From NCBI GenBank assembly GCA_963706575.1, contig CAVPNL010000003.1, forward strand, positions 192,001-256,000: a stretch of DNA of 64,000 nt, in the 5' to 3' direction. Positions 32,504 to 41,469 of the stretch are shown here, piece after piece; positions within the stretch are counted from its first letter, which is position 1; every line of letters begins with the position of its first letter. Under the pieces are notes generated by a model, which was not told where the DNA came from, did no database searches, and was given only the letters and a program-made list of their open reading frames with translations. This stretch comes from an uncultured delta proteobacterium. Its GTDB lineage: Bacteria > Desulfobacterota > Desulfobacteria > Desulfobacterales > JAHEIW01. A program made the position numbers and the translations under genes.

Positions 32504-32586
32504 GCAAATGGAATGAAGTTTCCTCCTTTCCTTCATTCCCACCTCCGACGAACCCTGTTAGGTACCCCCCCCTAACAGGGTTTTTT
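32504..32586 (+). ncRNA. Candidate sigma54-dependent small RNA with anti-SD motifs
   Basis: Starts at the predicted +1; 9-bp stem GGAATGAAG/CTTCATTCC with loop TTTCCTCCTTTC; CACCTCC linker; intrinsic terminator. Confidence 0.7.
32551..32586 (+). terminator. Rho-independent terminator
   Basis: AACCCTGTTAGG-TACCCCCC-CCTAACAGGGTT followed by a T-run. Confidence 0.85.
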
Positions 32587-32747
32587 CTTGGTTCGACAAG
32601 ATTTTGGCAAGACCTGTCAAAGCATTGTCAAGATTTATATCGATATCAGTACCATAGATCTGTGGCCACGCTTTATTTTCTCACCGGATCTCGATTTTTA
32701 AATGTTCTCGCGGCTGCATTTCGAATAGAAGCCGCAATCCATCATTT

Positions 32748-32763
32748 TGGCACGTCTATTGCT
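32748..32763 (+). promoter_or_regulatory. Sigma54 promoter of the HDOD gene at 32944
   Basis: TGGCACGTCTATTGCT. Confidence 0.8.
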
Positions 32764-32943
32764 GTTATTAATAAGCATACCGATAGGATACAGAACTTAT
32801 CGCCAAACAACCCAAAACGGCAAGTGCCGTAATGAGCACTCTTGGCCTTTGGTTGTTGGGGTGGCCAGCACTTTAGAAAAACAGCCGGATGAACTGAATC
32901 CATAGATCATTGAACATAGACCTTCCAAAAGGAGGGGGCCTTA

Positions 32944-33903
32944 ATGACAGCCGTAGAAACCATTGAACAGCTCTCAAACAAGATCAACAAACTGCCACTT
33001 GTTGATTCAGAGGTGGTCGATATCATCACCTTGCTCAACAATCCGGCCAGCAATTTTAAGCAAATTGTGGAAAAATTATCACCGAGCCTGGCGGCACGAT
33101 TTTTAAACATCGCGAATTCGGCCTATTATGGCGGACGAGAAGTCCGGTCCATCGACTATGCGGTCAAACTGCTGGGTTACGCCAAGATGAAAGATATTCT
33201 GATCACATCCATTTTAGTAGATCATTTTACCAAACGCCTGAAAGATTTTGATTTTAATAAATTCCTGACACAGGCACAGTTCTGTGCTGCGGTTGCCAAA
33301 GTGTTGGGTGAAATGCTCAATTTCAAGCCGCAGGAAGATCTGTTCACGGTAGCCACGCTTCAAAACATCGGAAAACTGGTTATCGCCGTTTATTTTAAGG
33401 ACCACCATCGCAAAATAGTTGCGTTAAAAAAAGCTAAAGGGCTGCCATCCTGTCAAGCTGAGCAGCAAATTTTAGGCATGAGCCATGGTCAAGTCGGCGC
33501 CGTTGTTCTACAGCGCTTCAAAGTCCCGCAGGATATCTGCGATGCCGTGCGATTTCATGACAGCCGCGACACCCAACTGCCCGTACAAAACAACAACTAC
33601 CTGCTGCATATTGCCCGTCAGGCGACTCGCATTGTCGGTCATTTTTCCCTTCCGAAAGACATGGAACCGATGGACCTTTACCACATGTTACGGGTCACGG
33701 TTGAAGAAGGAAAGAAGAATTACCGCGAACAAATCCAATCCCAGCTGAGATCGAAAGGCTATTCACAAATTTTTGTGTCTTTGCTCGAAGATGCCGCAGA
33801 TCTGGTCAGTGAGGATTTAAAAACACATCTGCGTGAACGTGTTGCAGTACCTGCAATTATGGAAGTGGGAAATGAAGCCTGCACCAATGAGCGCCAGGCA
33901 TAA
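32944..33903 (+). CDS. HDOD-domain protein with degenerate HD motif
   Basis: LAARFLNIANSAYY; TLQNIGK in place of LLHDxGK; AAAGGAGG RBS. Confidence 0.88.
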   Translation: MTAVETIEQLSNKINKLPLVDSEVVDIITLLNNPASNFKQIVEKLSPSLAARFLNIANSAYYGGREVRSIDYAVKLLGYAKMKDILITSILVDHFTKRLKDFDFNKFLTQAQFCAAVAKVLGEMLNFKPQEDLFTVATLQNIGKLVIAVYFKDHHRKIVALKKAKGLPSCQAEQQILGMSHGQVGAVVLQRFKVPQDICDAVRFHDSRDTQLPVQNNNYLLHIARQATRIVGHFSLPKDMEPMDLYHMLRVTVEEGKKNYREQIQSQLRSKGYSQIFVSLLEDAADLVSEDLKTHLRERVAVPAIMEVGNEACTNERQA

Positions 33904-33942
33904 AGTCCGTGTCCCATGTCGTTTCAGGGGGAAATTCAAGGT

Positions 33943-34182
33943 CTAATCCCTGAGGTTCTCAGGGGGTCCAACTTTATTCGCCTGAACTCCGCGCAGTTTT
34001 TTGCAGGGAGCTTCATTTACTTTTATTGCTGTAAATAAAAGGCAGTCCTTAGCGTTCATAATATTGCGCACTTCATTGATTGGATATCGCCGGCTTTTAA
34101 ATCCCATCGCGCGGCAGCCATGCGGAAAGTTCGCATTCCAGGTGACATAATAATAAATACACTTGTGGCAATCGATAATCAT
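33943..34182 (-). CDS. Small Cys-rich protein of unknown function
   Basis: CxxC-YYVTW...FPHGCRAMGFKS...C motif. Confidence 0.7.
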   Translation of the reverse strand: MIIDCHKCIYYYVTWNANFPHGCRAMGFKSRRYPINEVRNIMNAKDCLLFTAIKVNEAPCKKLRGVQANKVGPPENLRD

Positions 34183-34189
34183 TAGGTAG

Positions 34190-34283
34190 GATTTCGGAAT
34201 GCAGATTGCAGATTTCGGATTTTAAATGTGCGACACATCTGATATTTCAATCTACAATCCGCAATCCAAAATCCGCAATCGAA
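34190..34283. repeat. Inverted tandem heptamer repeat (AATCCGC family)
   Basis: ATTTCGGAATGCAGATTGCAGATTTCGGATT ... AATCTACAATCCGCAATCCAAAATCCGCAATCGAA. Confidence 0.8.
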
Positions 34284-34284
34284 G

Positions 34285-34755
34285 TTAGTCCCCATCTCGC
34301 AAATCGACTCGAATTTCCATGTCCTTGAGCAGGTCGTAAGCCTTTTTGCGCTCGGAATCGGTGCTTTCACCGACAACGTAAAGGATCGCCTGGATGACCT
34401 CATCACTGATCCCGGCCTTCTTGAGTTCGATGACATCCCGGGCAGTGGTAAATTCAATGGATCGAACATCCTTCCCATAAATAATGGGGGCGGTATCTTT
34501 CAGAAAAGAACCTTCCTTAATGACCATCTGGATGGTTTTTTCACTGATCCCGGCCTTTTTCATATCAATAATTTCCTGCACACTGAAGGCCGCCGTTTCC
34601 ACGGCTTTTTCCCTGACCATTATCTGGATCGTGGAGTCGCTGACACCGGCCTCCTTTAATCGTACGATACTTTCACTGTTGAGGCCCGAAATCGGGTGGG
34701 TAATGATGAATAAGAGCCCGGCAATACAACTGATGATAATAAGTGTTTTTTTCAT
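34285..34755 (-). CDS. Exported protein with three short helical repeats
   Basis: Signal peptide; IVRLKEAGVSD, IIDMKKAGISE and VIELKKAGISD repeats. Confidence 0.75.
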   Translation of the reverse strand: MKKTLIIISCIAGLLFIITHPISGLNSESIVRLKEAGVSDSTIQIMVREKAVETAAFSVQEIIDMKKAGISEKTIQMVIKEGSFLKDTAPIIYGKDVRSIEFTTARDVIELKKAGISDEVIQAILYVVGESTDSERKKAYDLLKDMEIRVDLRDGD

Positions 34756-34760
34756 TTTTA

Positions 34761-35675
34761 TTACTTCAGAAAATCAATAAGTCCCTGTTGCGTGATCCTG
34801 GCCGTGGTGGCTAGCGTCGTTTGATACGCCAGCTCGATACTTTGAAGCTCCACCACGGCTTGGGTAACATCCACATCTTCTTCCTTGGCCAACAACTCCT
34901 GGATTTTCGGTTTGTAATTTTGCCAGTGGTTTTCGGAGGTCATCAGCTGGTATAAAATCGGAGAATTGGCCGCTCGCGTATTATTAATCTGTTTCCGGCC
35001 TTGATCTATCAAATCGGCCTGGGCCGAAATAGCGACCGTATCGTCGGTTTCCAGGGCCACAATTAGATCTCGCATGGCATCGAAGATATTGATGCCACCT
35101 CCGGCTGCATTGTGAAACAGCGGTTGACCATCGGCATCAATAGTGATTTCGGTGTTCTGGGCGACGATAAATCGCGCATCCCCGTCATCGCCATTGTAAG
35201 TAACGGTAAATTGGTCAAAGGTCGTGGCCAGCGTATCATCGCGTGAAAAAGGCGCTGTTCGGGTTTGATAGCCGGAAAACATATAATCACCATTGAGTTT
35301 CGAATTGGCCAGATCGAGTATCTGGTCAAACATATTCTTGACTTCTCCAGCCGTCAGTTGGCGGCTTTCGGTTGTTCCGCCGGCCTCCGTCATCGCAATC
35401 GCCCGGACTCCTTGCAACAATTCATCCACCAGATCCAAAGTGATTTCGGTAATTTCCAGCCGCTTTTGCCCGCTTTGAATATTGGTCTCATATTGCTCAA
35501 TCGAGCTAAGGGTTTGGCGATAATCCAGTACCTTGCCCATGCCGATGGGATCATCTGACGGCCGGTTGATTCGCTTCTGGGATGCGATAATCGTCTGTCT
35601 TTCATAGAGTGCTTCATTCTGGGCCGTAAGATAGCGCACCAGCGAATCGGTCATCATGTTATTGGTTACGCGCAT
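34761..35675 (-). CDS. flgL: Flagellar hook-associated protein 3
   Basis: MRVT...KRINRPSDDP N-terminus; follows flgK. Confidence 0.93.
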   Translation of the reverse strand: MRVTNNMMTDSLVRYLTAQNEALYERQTIIASQKRINRPSDDPIGMGKVLDYRQTLSSIEQYETNIQSGQKRLEITEITLDLVDELLQGVRAIAMTEAGGTTESRQLTAGEVKNMFDQILDLANSKLNGDYMFSGYQTRTAPFSRDDTLATTFDQFTVTYNGDDGDARFIVAQNTEITIDADGQPLFHNAAGGGINIFDAMRDLIVALETDDTVAISAQADLIDQGRKQINNTRAANSPILYQLMTSENHWQNYKPKIQELLAKEEDVDVTQAVVELQSIELAYQTTLATTARITQQGLIDFLK

Positions 35676-35720
35676 GTTTATCCCCCTTCTGTTGGGATGC
35701 GATCTGCAATTCTTCCCTTC

Positions 35721-37109
35721 TTATATCATCTGCAAGACCGTTTGCATCATTTCGTCGGCAGTTGTAATCAGTTTGGCCGCTGCCGTATAGGCGTTCTGGA
35801 ATTTAATTAAATTAATCATCTCCTCATCCAACGAAACCCCTGAAACCGATTCCCGCTGATTTTCCAGCTGCACCATCATATTCGACTGGTGATTATAATA
35901 AGCGTCTGATTTTAACACTTCATTGCCCACATCCCTGACAATGGCGCCATAGTAATCGTTATAGTCCTGGGTGCCGCCCATGTTCAACTCATATTGTAGG
36001 TTTGCGATATCAGCGGCATTGCGGCTGTCACCGGGAACAGTGGCCGCATCACCTGCCGCGGCAATCAGATTCAGGTCGGCCATAATATTCGGATTGACTT
36101 CCAAATCCGCCGCCGTACCGGTTCCAATAAAAAATACTTCACCTCCGATTCCGTTGAGGTCAAAACCTGCCTGATGCAGCAAGTTGATATCGGTCATTAG
36201 GGTTCCTGCCAGCGTGTCCAACCGCGTCATATAATCTGTGATAATCGTATCACGGACCTCAAGCAACCCCCTTAATTTTCCACCGGAAATTTCAGCGTTT
36301 ATATTGGTGGTGTTGCCGTCATCGTCGACCCATACAACTTCCTGAAGTCCGGCGCCATTCGTCTCGGTGGAAAGCTGCCAGTACTGACCCGCGGTCAACA
36401 GTGGCCATCCATTGGCCACTGATACCGAAACCGCTCCACTTGCATCTTCAAAGCTATCGATATCGATTAATTCCGAGAGCTCTTTCAGCAACAGTTCACG
36501 TTGATCACGGTAATCATTGGCGCTCATGGAGCCGGCCTCGGATGAAATAATTTTTGCGTTCAAGTCGGCAAGCTCCTGCGACAGCCGGTTGATATCCGCG
36601 ACGGTTCCCTGGACGACAAAATCGAGGTTCTGCTGGGATTGTGAAAGATCCGTATCAAGCTGATTAAAGGTGGTGGCCAAAACCTGACTTGCCGTGATCA
36701 GGACCTGTCGTTCGGTGGTGCCGTCGGGGTCGGTTGTCAGGGACTGCCACGCGTTCCAGAATTTGCTCATTGCCTGGTTCAACCCGGACCCATTTGCTTC
36801 ATTGAAAATCATTTCCACCAGCTTTACGGCATCTTTTTGCGCATCCCATCTTCCCAGTCCCTGGCTTTCATTGCTGATCTGGGCATTCAAATAGCGATCG
36901 TATACGCGCTCGATGGCAGCACCGCTGACACCGGTGCCAATCGGCCCGATCGAAGAATCCAGCGGGGTATTCGTTGTCATGTTCAGCTGCTGGCGCGAAT
37001 ACCCGGGGGTATTTACATTGGCGATATTATGACTGGTGACACTGATCGCCTGCTGCTGAGTCAAAAGGGCCTGGCCTGCAAGACTCATTATTGTATTAAT
37101 ATCTGTCAT
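35721..37109 (-). CDS. flgK: Flagellar hook-associated protein 1
   Basis: SHNIANVNTPGYSRQ and SGVSLDEEMINL motifs; start moved to MTDINT. Confidence 0.95.
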   Translation of the reverse strand: MTDINTIMSLAGQALLTQQQAISVTSHNIANVNTPGYSRQQLNMTTNTPLDSSIGPIGTGVSGAAIERVYDRYLNAQISNESQGLGRWDAQKDAVKLVEMIFNEANGSGLNQAMSKFWNAWQSLTTDPDGTTERQVLITASQVLATTFNQLDTDLSQSQQNLDFVVQGTVADINRLSQELADLNAKIISSEAGSMSANDYRDQRELLLKELSELIDIDSFEDASGAVSVSVANGWPLLTAGQYWQLSTETNGAGLQEVVWVDDDGNTTNINAEISGGKLRGLLEVRDTIITDYMTRLDTLAGTLMTDINLLHQAGFDLNGIGGEVFFIGTGTAADLEVNPNIMADLNLIAAAGDAATVPGDSRNAADIANLQYELNMGGTQDYNDYYGAIVRDVGNEVLKSDAYYNHQSNMMVQLENQRESVSGVSLDEEMINLIKFQNAYTAAAKLITTADEMMQTVLQMI

Positions 37110-37135
37110 CGCTCTTCCTTTTTTGCAAAGCGCTG

Positions 37136-37978
37136 CTAGCCGGAGTTCAGAACTTCGTTGAACTCCTTTACCCATTGCATCGTCTGACTGGCGACTTTCT
37201 CCAGATGGCTGGGTTCAAGTCCCAGCCGCTCCGTCACCTCAACACTTGGCTCGTGCTGAAGACCATCTCTGCCAATGCCGATGCCGATCATCATGCTAAT
37301 AAAATTGGCCACATGCACGATATCTAACATGCTGCTGATCCGCTCGGACGCTTCAGGCGCATGATGAAATTGGACGGCATTGACAATTTCCGGAGGTAGC
37401 AACCACTTGGTTAATATGCGGGCACCGACATCGGCGTGATTGGTGCCCAGCACAATTTTTTCAGCCATCTCAAAGCTGATTCCCTGGGAGACCGCCGTTT
37501 CAATTTGTTTAAATTCATCCTTGACAAAATCGCCCAGGACCAGCTTGCCGACATCATGCAACAGGGCAGCAGTAAATATTTCCTCGGCGGCTTCGACTTT
37601 CAACACTTTTACCAGACCTTCGGCAGCAACCGAAGCGGCTATTGAGTGGCGCCAAAGTTCTCCCGGTGGCAGGTCATAACCCGGAACCGATTTGTCCATG
37701 ATGGCGCTGACACAGGCAGCGATGACCATCTGAATCAAGCGTTTCAGCCCCAATAAGATAACCGCCTGTCGAATCGAGCCGACCTTCGATGGAATCCCAA
37801 AATAGGCTGAATTGGCAAGCCTGAGGACATTGGCGGTCAAGCCCGGATCATGGCGCAATATTTCCTCTATCTGGGACACCCGCATGGCTGAATCATCAAT
37901 CAACGCCAGGAGCTTGACGGCTGTACCCGGCATACCCGGAAACGACTTGATGGCCGATGCGATTTTATTTGCCTGCAT
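37136..37978 (-). CDS. HDOD-domain protein
   Basis: DPGLTANVLRLANSAYF, LWRHS and LLHDVGK motifs. Confidence 0.92.
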   Translation of the reverse strand: MQANKIASAIKSFPGMPGTAVKLLALIDDSAMRVSQIEEILRHDPGLTANVLRLANSAYFGIPSKVGSIRQAVILLGLKRLIQMVIAACVSAIMDKSVPGYDLPPGELWRHSIAASVAAEGLVKVLKVEAAEEIFTAALLHDVGKLVLGDFVKDEFKQIETAVSQGISFEMAEKIVLGTNHADVGARILTKWLLPPEIVNAVQFHHAPEASERISSMLDIVHVANFISMMIGIGIGRDGLQHEPSVEVTERLGLEPSHLEKVASQTMQWVKEFNEVLNSG

Positions 37979-38001
37979 TGATTATATCCTTTATCTTTCT
38001 G

Positions 38002-38854
38002 TTAATTAAACGCCAGCGCATCCGACAATTCATCTACCCAGCGGGCCACTTTACCCGAAATGGTTTCAAACTGATCCAGCTCGAATTCCCAGACGATCCA
38101 TTACCGCCGTTGATAGCTCGATCGCGTTTCCGCCAGCCGCACCGCTGGTTTCTGATGTCTGGCACAACAGATTTGCCAGATACACTACATCCATCTCGAA
38201 ATCACAGGCATCTGCTGATTCCGGATCATGGTGCCACCGCACCGCACGGATAACTTCCGCCGGCAGGTTCCAATGCGCCAGTATGCGCGCTCCGATTTCA
38301 GCATGATCCGTCCCGAGGACCATATTTTCAGCAACCACAAAGGGAACGCCTTTGGCAGCAATTCTCTGGATGGCCTCGAGTTCTTCACTAACAAAAGTCC
38401 CTAAAACCAATTTGCCGACATCGTGCAGCAGCGCAGGGGTAAACACATCTATTCTGCCGTGCTTTTTCTTGTCTTTCACCATCGCCTCGCCGGCAATGGA
38501 TACCGCAACCGAATGCCGCCATAGATCTCCCGCCGGCAGGTCATACCCGGCAACGGATTTATCCATCACCGCACTCACGCAGGATGCGACCACCAGCTGG
38601 GTGAGGCGCTTCAATCCCAGCAGAATGACCGCCTGTTTCAGGGAACCGATTTTTGAAGGAATGCCAAAGTATGCAGAATTTGCCAGCTTAAGGACATTGG
38701 CAGTTAAACCCGGATCGTAGCGCAAGATCTCTTCTATTTCGGTCAGTTCGGGATCCTGTTCTTGGAGCAGTCCAAGCATTTTGGCCCCTGCACCCGGCAT
38801 GGTGGGAAATGATTTAACTTTGGCCAGGATTTCGTTAATTTTTTTGTCGCTCAT
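38002..38854 (-). CDS. HDOD-domain protein, paralog of 37136-37978, with a +1 frameshift near the 3' end
   Basis: Same motifs; removing one base near 38084 restores LGIELDQFETISGKVARWVDELSDALAFN*, which aligns with the paralog C-terminus. Confidence 0.85.
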
Positions 38855-39339
38855 AAGACCCTCTCTGTACCATTGCTGTGAACAATGGTCTGGCCGCTGG
38901 CAAGATCGAGAGTGACCTTCCGGTTGATCGTGCCACCGACATCTTCGGCTGCCAGGCAAACCCCCTCTTTTGAAAGCATCTCTTGTAGTACCCGGTAGTT
39001 TCGCTCACCAATTTTAAACACCTCTTTGGCACCCATAGGATTGCCGCAACCGACTGCTTTAACCTTCCACTGGTCTTTGTGGGTGTCGTTTTCGGACAAT
39101 GCCTGAAATAATTCCGGAATACCGGTATCGACAAACATAAACGGATTTAGCGTTGCTTTCTGGGTATTAATCTTTGATAGGGGCAGCATCGCATGTAAAA
39201 GGCCACCCAATTGTGAAATAGAATCATAGACCGTTAAACACAGGCAACTGCCCAAAGTCTCCGTAGCCAGCACCTCCGGTGATTGACCAATCTTCATATC
39301 GCCTATGGGAACAAGAAGCCGCATTTTATCAAATGTCAC
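38851..39339 (-). CDS. cheD: Chemoreceptor glutamine deamidase CheD family
   Basis: TLGSCL and GGLLHAMLP catalytic Cys/His; IGERN and EDVGG motifs. Confidence 0.9.
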   Translation of the reverse strand: MTFDKMRLLVPIGDMKIGQSPEVLATETLGSCLCLTVYDSISQLGGLLHAMLPLSKINTQKATLNPFMFVDTGIPELFQALSENDTHKDQWKVKAVGCGNPMGAKEVFKIGERNYRVLQEMLSKEGVCLAAEDVGGTINRKVTLDLASGQTIVHSNGTERVL

Positions 39340-39829
39340 CGTTTAATAGTTTTCCGGTCTGCGCATTGTTCTGAACATTGCCGCTCCGGTAATATACAGG
39401 ATTGGCAGCCATCAGGTTATTTAAAAGATTATAGGAGCCCTGGATGAGCTGCATCGAATGCGCCATTAAGAATTTATTTTGCTGGGTGGCATCCTGCAAG
39501 ACCTGGATCAGAGCCGAAAGATCCGCGCTGCGTTCGCGCAAACGCTCGGCATACGGTTCATCAACCAGCAGTGAGAGTTCGGTTATGGTCAGCCCCTGAG
39601 GTGGGCGGCCTAACTCGGCCGTCACCCGATCCATAATCTGTTCGCGCTGTTCTTCGAGGATTCGAAGCTTTAAAAGTAGATTGTCCTTGGCTTTACAAGC
39701 TTCGTTGAGCTGCTGTAAATTCAATCCCACAACCGCATCCTTTTCATTTTGCAATACCCGAAACAGCGATTGATAAAGTTCAGTCGCTTGTTCAAGCGAT
39801 CCCAACAGTTTGTCTAGCAGGTGTTCCAT
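39329..39829 (-). CDS. flgN: Flagellar export chaperone FlgN
   Basis: Helical chaperone signature (E..R..., N..L, C-terminal Y..G); upstream of flgK. Confidence 0.8.
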   Translation of the reverse strand: MEHLLDKLLGSLEQATELYQSLFRVLQNEKDAVVGLNLQQLNEACKAKDNLLLKLRILEEQREQIMDRVTAELGRPPQGLTITELSLLVDEPYAERLRERSADLSALIQVLQDATQQNKFLMAHSMQLIQGSYNLLNNLMAANPVYYRSGNVQNNAQTGKLLNGDI

Positions 39830-39884
39830 TTGCAAATTTTCCTTCCCTATAAACACCGATCAGGTGCATGGGCCTCCAAAGGGT

Positions 39885-39911
39885 TTATCGGGTAAATATC
39901 GAGAAACTTTA
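39885..39911 (-). promoter_or_regulatory. Sigma28 (FliA) promoter upstream of flgN
   Basis: Minus strand TAAAGTTT-N11-CCCGATAA. Confidence 0.8.
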
Positions 39912-39920
39912 GAAATAACC

Positions 39921-40304
39921 TTATTGATCCTCATCGGATTGTCCTTCCTTTTCCCGAGAAGAAGGGTTGCTGAGTTGGTGCAGCAACATTTCCGATAAGC
40001 CGATTCCGCCTTTTGCGGATATGTTAACCGCCATTTCCGCATCCAGCATCGATGTATAAATTTCTTCAGCCCGGCCACCGCTGATAAAGCCGGACTTATG
40101 AATGGTGGCCCGCATTTCTTTAAGCAGATGGTGAAGGAACAATGATTCCATCTGGCGGCAGACATCGTGCAGCTTTGGATCGGTTCCCTTGTCCGGGTGC
40201 CCGCTTTTTTTAGCATTCCGCAGGCGCCGAATGCGCTGATCTGTGTCAACAGCAATATCTGACAGATTAACGGGTAACTTGGGTGTGGATAATAGGTCAG
40301 TCAT
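39921..40304 (-). CDS. flgJ: Short FlgJ (rod-binding domain only)
   Basis: ESLFLHHLLKEMRAT...YTSMLD...GGIGLSEML. Confidence 0.85.
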   Translation of the reverse strand: MTDLLSTPKLPVNLSDIAVDTDQRIRRLRNAKKSGHPDKGTDPKLHDVCRQMESLFLHHLLKEMRATIHKSGFISGGRAEEIYTSMLDAEMAVNISAKGGIGLSEMLLHQLSNPSSREKEGQSDEDQ

Positions 40305-41446
40305 TAGATGACCTCCAATTCAGCCTGCAACGCCCCTGCGGCTTTCAGGGCTTGAAAAATGGCGATCAGATCACGGGGCGAAACACCAAGGGCATTCAAA
40401 GCCTTGACAAGCTCTCCGATGCTGACACCCGATTCCACCAGAAATATGGGATTTTTTCCTTCCTGAACCACGATATCTGATTCCGGTGTGACAACCGTTT
40501 GCCCGCCGCGCGAAAACGGTAACGGCTGTGAGACATTCTGAGATTCATCTATCTGAATGCTCAAGTTGCCATGGGCGATAGCGATGGTAGCAATACGTAC
40601 ATTTTCACCCATAATCACCGTACCGGTGCGTTCGTTGACCACCACCTTGGATACCATATCCGGGGTTACGCCCAGGCTTTCAACCAGGGTCACAAACTGA
40701 ACCGTATTGCCCAGGTAATTTTCAGGAACAGTGACACAAATCGAACCGGCATTCTCGGTCTGTGCAAGCTGGCTGTAAAACGCACGATTAATGGCCTGGG
40801 CCACCCGGCTGGCGGTTGTGAAATCAGGGTCGTGCAATGCCAGTGTCAGGGATTTTTTTTGATTAAAATTTGAATGGATTTCCTTTTCCACCAGCCCGCC
40901 ACCGACAACTCGACCCACGGTGGGAAAATTCTTTTGGACTTGATCACCGGAATTCCCGCTGACGGCAAATCCGCCGGTGCTCACAGGTCCCTGGGCAACC
41001 GCGTACACGCTTCCGTCAGCGCCTTTTAAGGGGGTGAACAGTAGCGTACCACCCTGCAGATTCTCCGCATCGCCAATGGAACTGACCAGCACATCGATTC
41101 GACTGCCCAGACCTGCAAACGGCGGCAAATCTGTTGTTACCATCACCGCCGCCACATTTTCGACATCGGCAATATCGTCTGGCTGGACGGTTACGCCCAT
41201 TTTTTCCAGCAGGCTGGCCAACGATTGAATGGTGAACATGGAGTCATCGCTGTCTCCGGTGCCTTCCAATCCGACTACCAGCCCATAGCCCACCAGATGA
41301 TTTTGGCGTACTCCTTTGATGTCGGCAATATCCTTGATACGGACAGCGCTGGCAGCGGGTATCAAAAAGATGCCGCTTGCCACGACCAGAATAAGGCAGC
41401 GGATCATTATTAAGAGCCCTGATATTTGTAAACGTTTATTTATCAT
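40304..41446 (-). CDS. flgI: Flagellar P-ring protein
   Basis: RIKDI...GVRQNHLVGYGLVVGL and KAAGALQAEL motifs. Confidence 0.97.
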   Translation of the reverse strand: MINKRLQISGLLIMIRCLILVVASGIFLIPAASAVRIKDIADIKGVRQNHLVGYGLVVGLEGTGDSDDSMFTIQSLASLLEKMGVTVQPDDIADVENVAAVMVTTDLPPFAGLGSRIDVLVSSIGDAENLQGGTLLFTPLKGADGSVYAVAQGPVSTGGFAVSGNSGDQVQKNFPTVGRVVGGGLVEKEIHSNFNQKKSLTLALHDPDFTTASRVAQAINRAFYSQLAQTENAGSICVTVPENYLGNTVQFVTLVESLGVTPDMVSKVVVNERTGTVIMGENVRIATIAIAHGNLSIQIDESQNVSQPLPFSRGGQTVVTPESDIVVQEGKNPIFLVESGVSIGELVKALNALGVSPRDLIAIFQALKAAGALQAELEVI

Positions 41447-41469
41447 TTATTTTCCCTCGCCACCTAAAT

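Noticed and set aside
33943..34182. Uracil-DNA glycosylase label for the small Cys-rich protein
   Set aside because: Too short and lacks UDG catalytic motifs; the real family 4 UDG is at 16467-17168
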